Assembly: GCA_038087875.1 (NCBI GenBank)
Contig: CM075980.1
Coordinates: 10,416,001 to 10,480,000, forward strand
Source of the DNA: Malacoraja senta
Lineage: Eukaryota
Direction: 5' to 3'
Length of the DNA stretch: 64,000 bases
In this document: positions 61,844 through 64,000 of the stretch, in pieces
How positions within the stretch are numbered: the first letter of the stretch is position 1
Layout of the letters: every line of letters starts with the position of its first letter
The notes under the pieces: generated by a model
What the model was told of the DNA's origin: nothing
What the model saw: the letters and a program-made list of their open reading frames with translations, nothing else
The model's database searches: none
Translations under genes and position numbers: made by a program

Positions 61844-63001
61844 CCTATATTTCCGAACTTTTTAATAATTAAAATTTTAAAAACAGCCCGAAAACTCACC
61901 CATTTCGGAAAAAACCCTGAGTTTTTGCATTCACAATGCATTCGCAAGGCAGGACGGGACCCTCCGGGAGGGAGAGGCACTCCAGTGCTCACGTGGCGAT
62001 GGCTGCAGGCGCCTGACGCCCGGCGGGGAGGGTGGTGCTGGAGCTGGAGTGAGGACCGAGCCCCGGGCTTAGGATGGGGCATTGACCAGGGCCAAAAAAG
62101 AAGCCACCACTGGAACCAAGGATGAGCTGGGGTCCATGGTCAGGGACGAGCCCGGAAATGAAGTCGTAGCCTGCACTATAGCCCAAGCGGTGGCCGAGCT
62201 GACAGCTGGAGTCTACAGCCAGGGCTGGGCTGAGTAGGAGAACCAGGCCGAGTTCCAGGACCTGCTGCTGCTCTACGACCTGGGTAGGTCCTGGGGCAGG
62301 GAATGGGAGTGAGGGGAGGAGGAGGAGGGAAATGAGGAGGGAGATGGAGTGGGGAATGGGGTGGTAGAGGGAGATGGGCGGTGTGGAGGAGGGAGATGGG
62401 GAGGGATGGAGGAGTGAGATACCCCCTCCCTATCTACCACCCTCCCTCTCTACCCCCTCCCTCTCTACCCCCCTCCATCTCCTTCCCTCGCTTTTTCCCT
62501 CTCCACCCTCCCTCCCCCCCACTCTACCCCCTCCCTCTACCCCTTCCCTCTCTCTCTCTACCCCCTCCCTTTCTGCCCCTCTTCCCCTCTACCCCCTCTC
62601 TGTACCCTCCCTCTCTATTCCCCTCCCACTCTACCCCCTCCCTCTCTACCCCCATCCCCCTCACCCTCCCTCTCTACCCCCTCCCTCTCTGCCTCCTCCC
62701 TCTCTGCCCCAGCCCTCTCTACCCCACTGCCTCTCTACCCTCCTCCCTCTCAACCACCCCTCCCTCTCTAACACCCCTCCCTCTCTACCCCCTCCCTCTC
62801 TGGGGTTGAAGAGGGAGGGTGAAGAGGAGGAGGAGGATGGAGTGCTGGGGGATGAGGACAAATTAGCCGCGCCTGCGCAGCTGGGGGCTATGCGTGAGTG
62901 GTGCAATCTTGCGTTAGAGGAACGGCTTCCGTCGGGGGACCGGATGAGTGGTGGAATCCTGCGTTTGGGGAGCAGACCCAACGGGTCTGCACTTGGTCTA
63001 G
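61844..63001 (+). mobile_element. Probable non-autonomous Helitron (3' end clear, 5' end tentative)
   Basis: 8-bp-stem hairpin GCAGACCC-AAC-GGGTCTGC (62972-62990), then CTAG (62998-63001) followed by T. The candidate 5' end A|CCTATAT at 61844 would be a variant of TC. Confidence 0.55.
62420..62800. repeat. Pyrimidine-rich minisatellite (CCCTCTCTACCC-like), preceded by a purine tract 62300-62415
   Basis: Repeated CCTCCCTCTCTACCCC units, read directly. Confidence 0.9.
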
Positions 63002-63607
63002 TCTTAAACTAAAAATATCTGTGTTGTCGCCCTGCGCTTGTAACAAAAGGAATTACTTCTTCATTCAATAAAATTATAAGTAGTGCCTCGCACAGGATAC
63101 AATCATTAATAAAGTGATTGAATGTGTCGTGCACGACGGCATCAAATAAAACCTATTCCCGCTGCACATTCACCACTGGCCTGGTTATTAATGCTGATTT
63201 TGTGTTTGGCCTCGGCCCACTTGACTCCATGGAAAATGTGCTAAATTCCAAAGCTGGATTGAGAATGTCTTCATCTTAAGGGCAGTGTTTGACTGAGTAG
63301 TGTTTGAATATAGAGTGGACTAATAGGAATCAATGAGAAATCTCCCCACGGACTGGGAAACACAGTGGATTTTTTTTAAATGTGCTGGACATTGGAAATC
63401 ATCAACCCAATCCCAAGATAACACTGCTGGAGTTTCTCAGGGCTTGTCTCAGACCAACATATCTTCAATTACTTCAGGAATATTAGCAGTGGTGAATCAA
63501 AAAACTGCAATTGCCACAATACTGAAATAAAAACATTACATGCTGGAAACATATAGCAGTTTAGGCAATCTCTATGCAAAATGAAAGAGTTATTATTTTT
63601 TCAGACC

Positions 63608-63660
63608 TAAAGGGCCTATCCCACTTGCCGATTTTTTTTTGGCGGCTGCCGAAATTTGGC
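63608..63660 (+). mobile_element. Single PIF/Harbinger-like MITE terminus
   Basis: TAA|AGGGCCTATCCCACTTG; same motif as TAA|AGGCCTGTCTCAC at 39622-39637. No partner end was found. Confidence 0.3.
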
Positions 63661-64000
63661 TCATTTGGATTGTAAGAGTAATTGATCAAGTGTTTCCTGC
63701 ATTTGAAATCAGTTTTGCAGAACATTGACCACCATTTTGCACTCCCAACTTGGAGCCTGGTGCTAAACATATCTTGCCAACAGCTTCCCCACTTTGTCAT
63801 TTGAGACCAATTTTGCAAACATCTGACAGGTCAGTCTGAAGATTTCAATGCCTACAAATGAAACTGCAATGCTAATTCTAACACTAGATGTGTAATCTGT
63901 CATTTGGCTGCAATTATTAAGTGAATGGGTAGTTTTTCACTAATCCACTCTGGTTGAATTGTAAGAATTCTAATTTTGAAATCAACAATGATGATCTTTT

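Noticed and set aside
62374-63012. 212-aa and 142-aa proline-rich ORFs
   Set aside because: Artefacts of the C/T minisatellite.

Overview
This is eukaryotic DNA from a cartilaginous fish, probably a skate or ray (inferred from the Ig light-chain type and the HE1-like SINE/CR1 repeat content). It shows no prokaryotic operon structure and no CRISPR array. The one clearly intact host gene is a minus-strand immunoglobulin light-chain cluster of the type II/NS3 (lambda-like) class: leader 24442-24388, germline-joined VJ exon 24267-23926 with no RSS, and C exon 22381-22059. It sits in a ~4.7-kb island without recognisable TEs. Most of the rest is transposon-derived: one near-full-length CR1 and many CR1 fragments, three 5'-truncated L1/Tx1-clade LINEs with exact TSDs, two end-to-end but decayed DIRS1-type tyrosine-recombinase retrotransposons, Penelope-like and Rex/Babar fragments, a Tc1 element, HE1-like SINEs and a probable non-autonomous Helitron. 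Positions 1-9062 are an old direct duplication of 28227-39556, and the two copies took different later insertions. The best non-TE novelty candidates are (i) orphan plus-strand phase-1 stalk (CxC) and Arg-containing transmembrane exons at 54259-54555, typical of an activating Ig-superfamily receptor, and (ii) a coding-like exon apparently captured inside the Helitron. Identities and many TE boundaries were judged by eye and are approximate; no searches were run.
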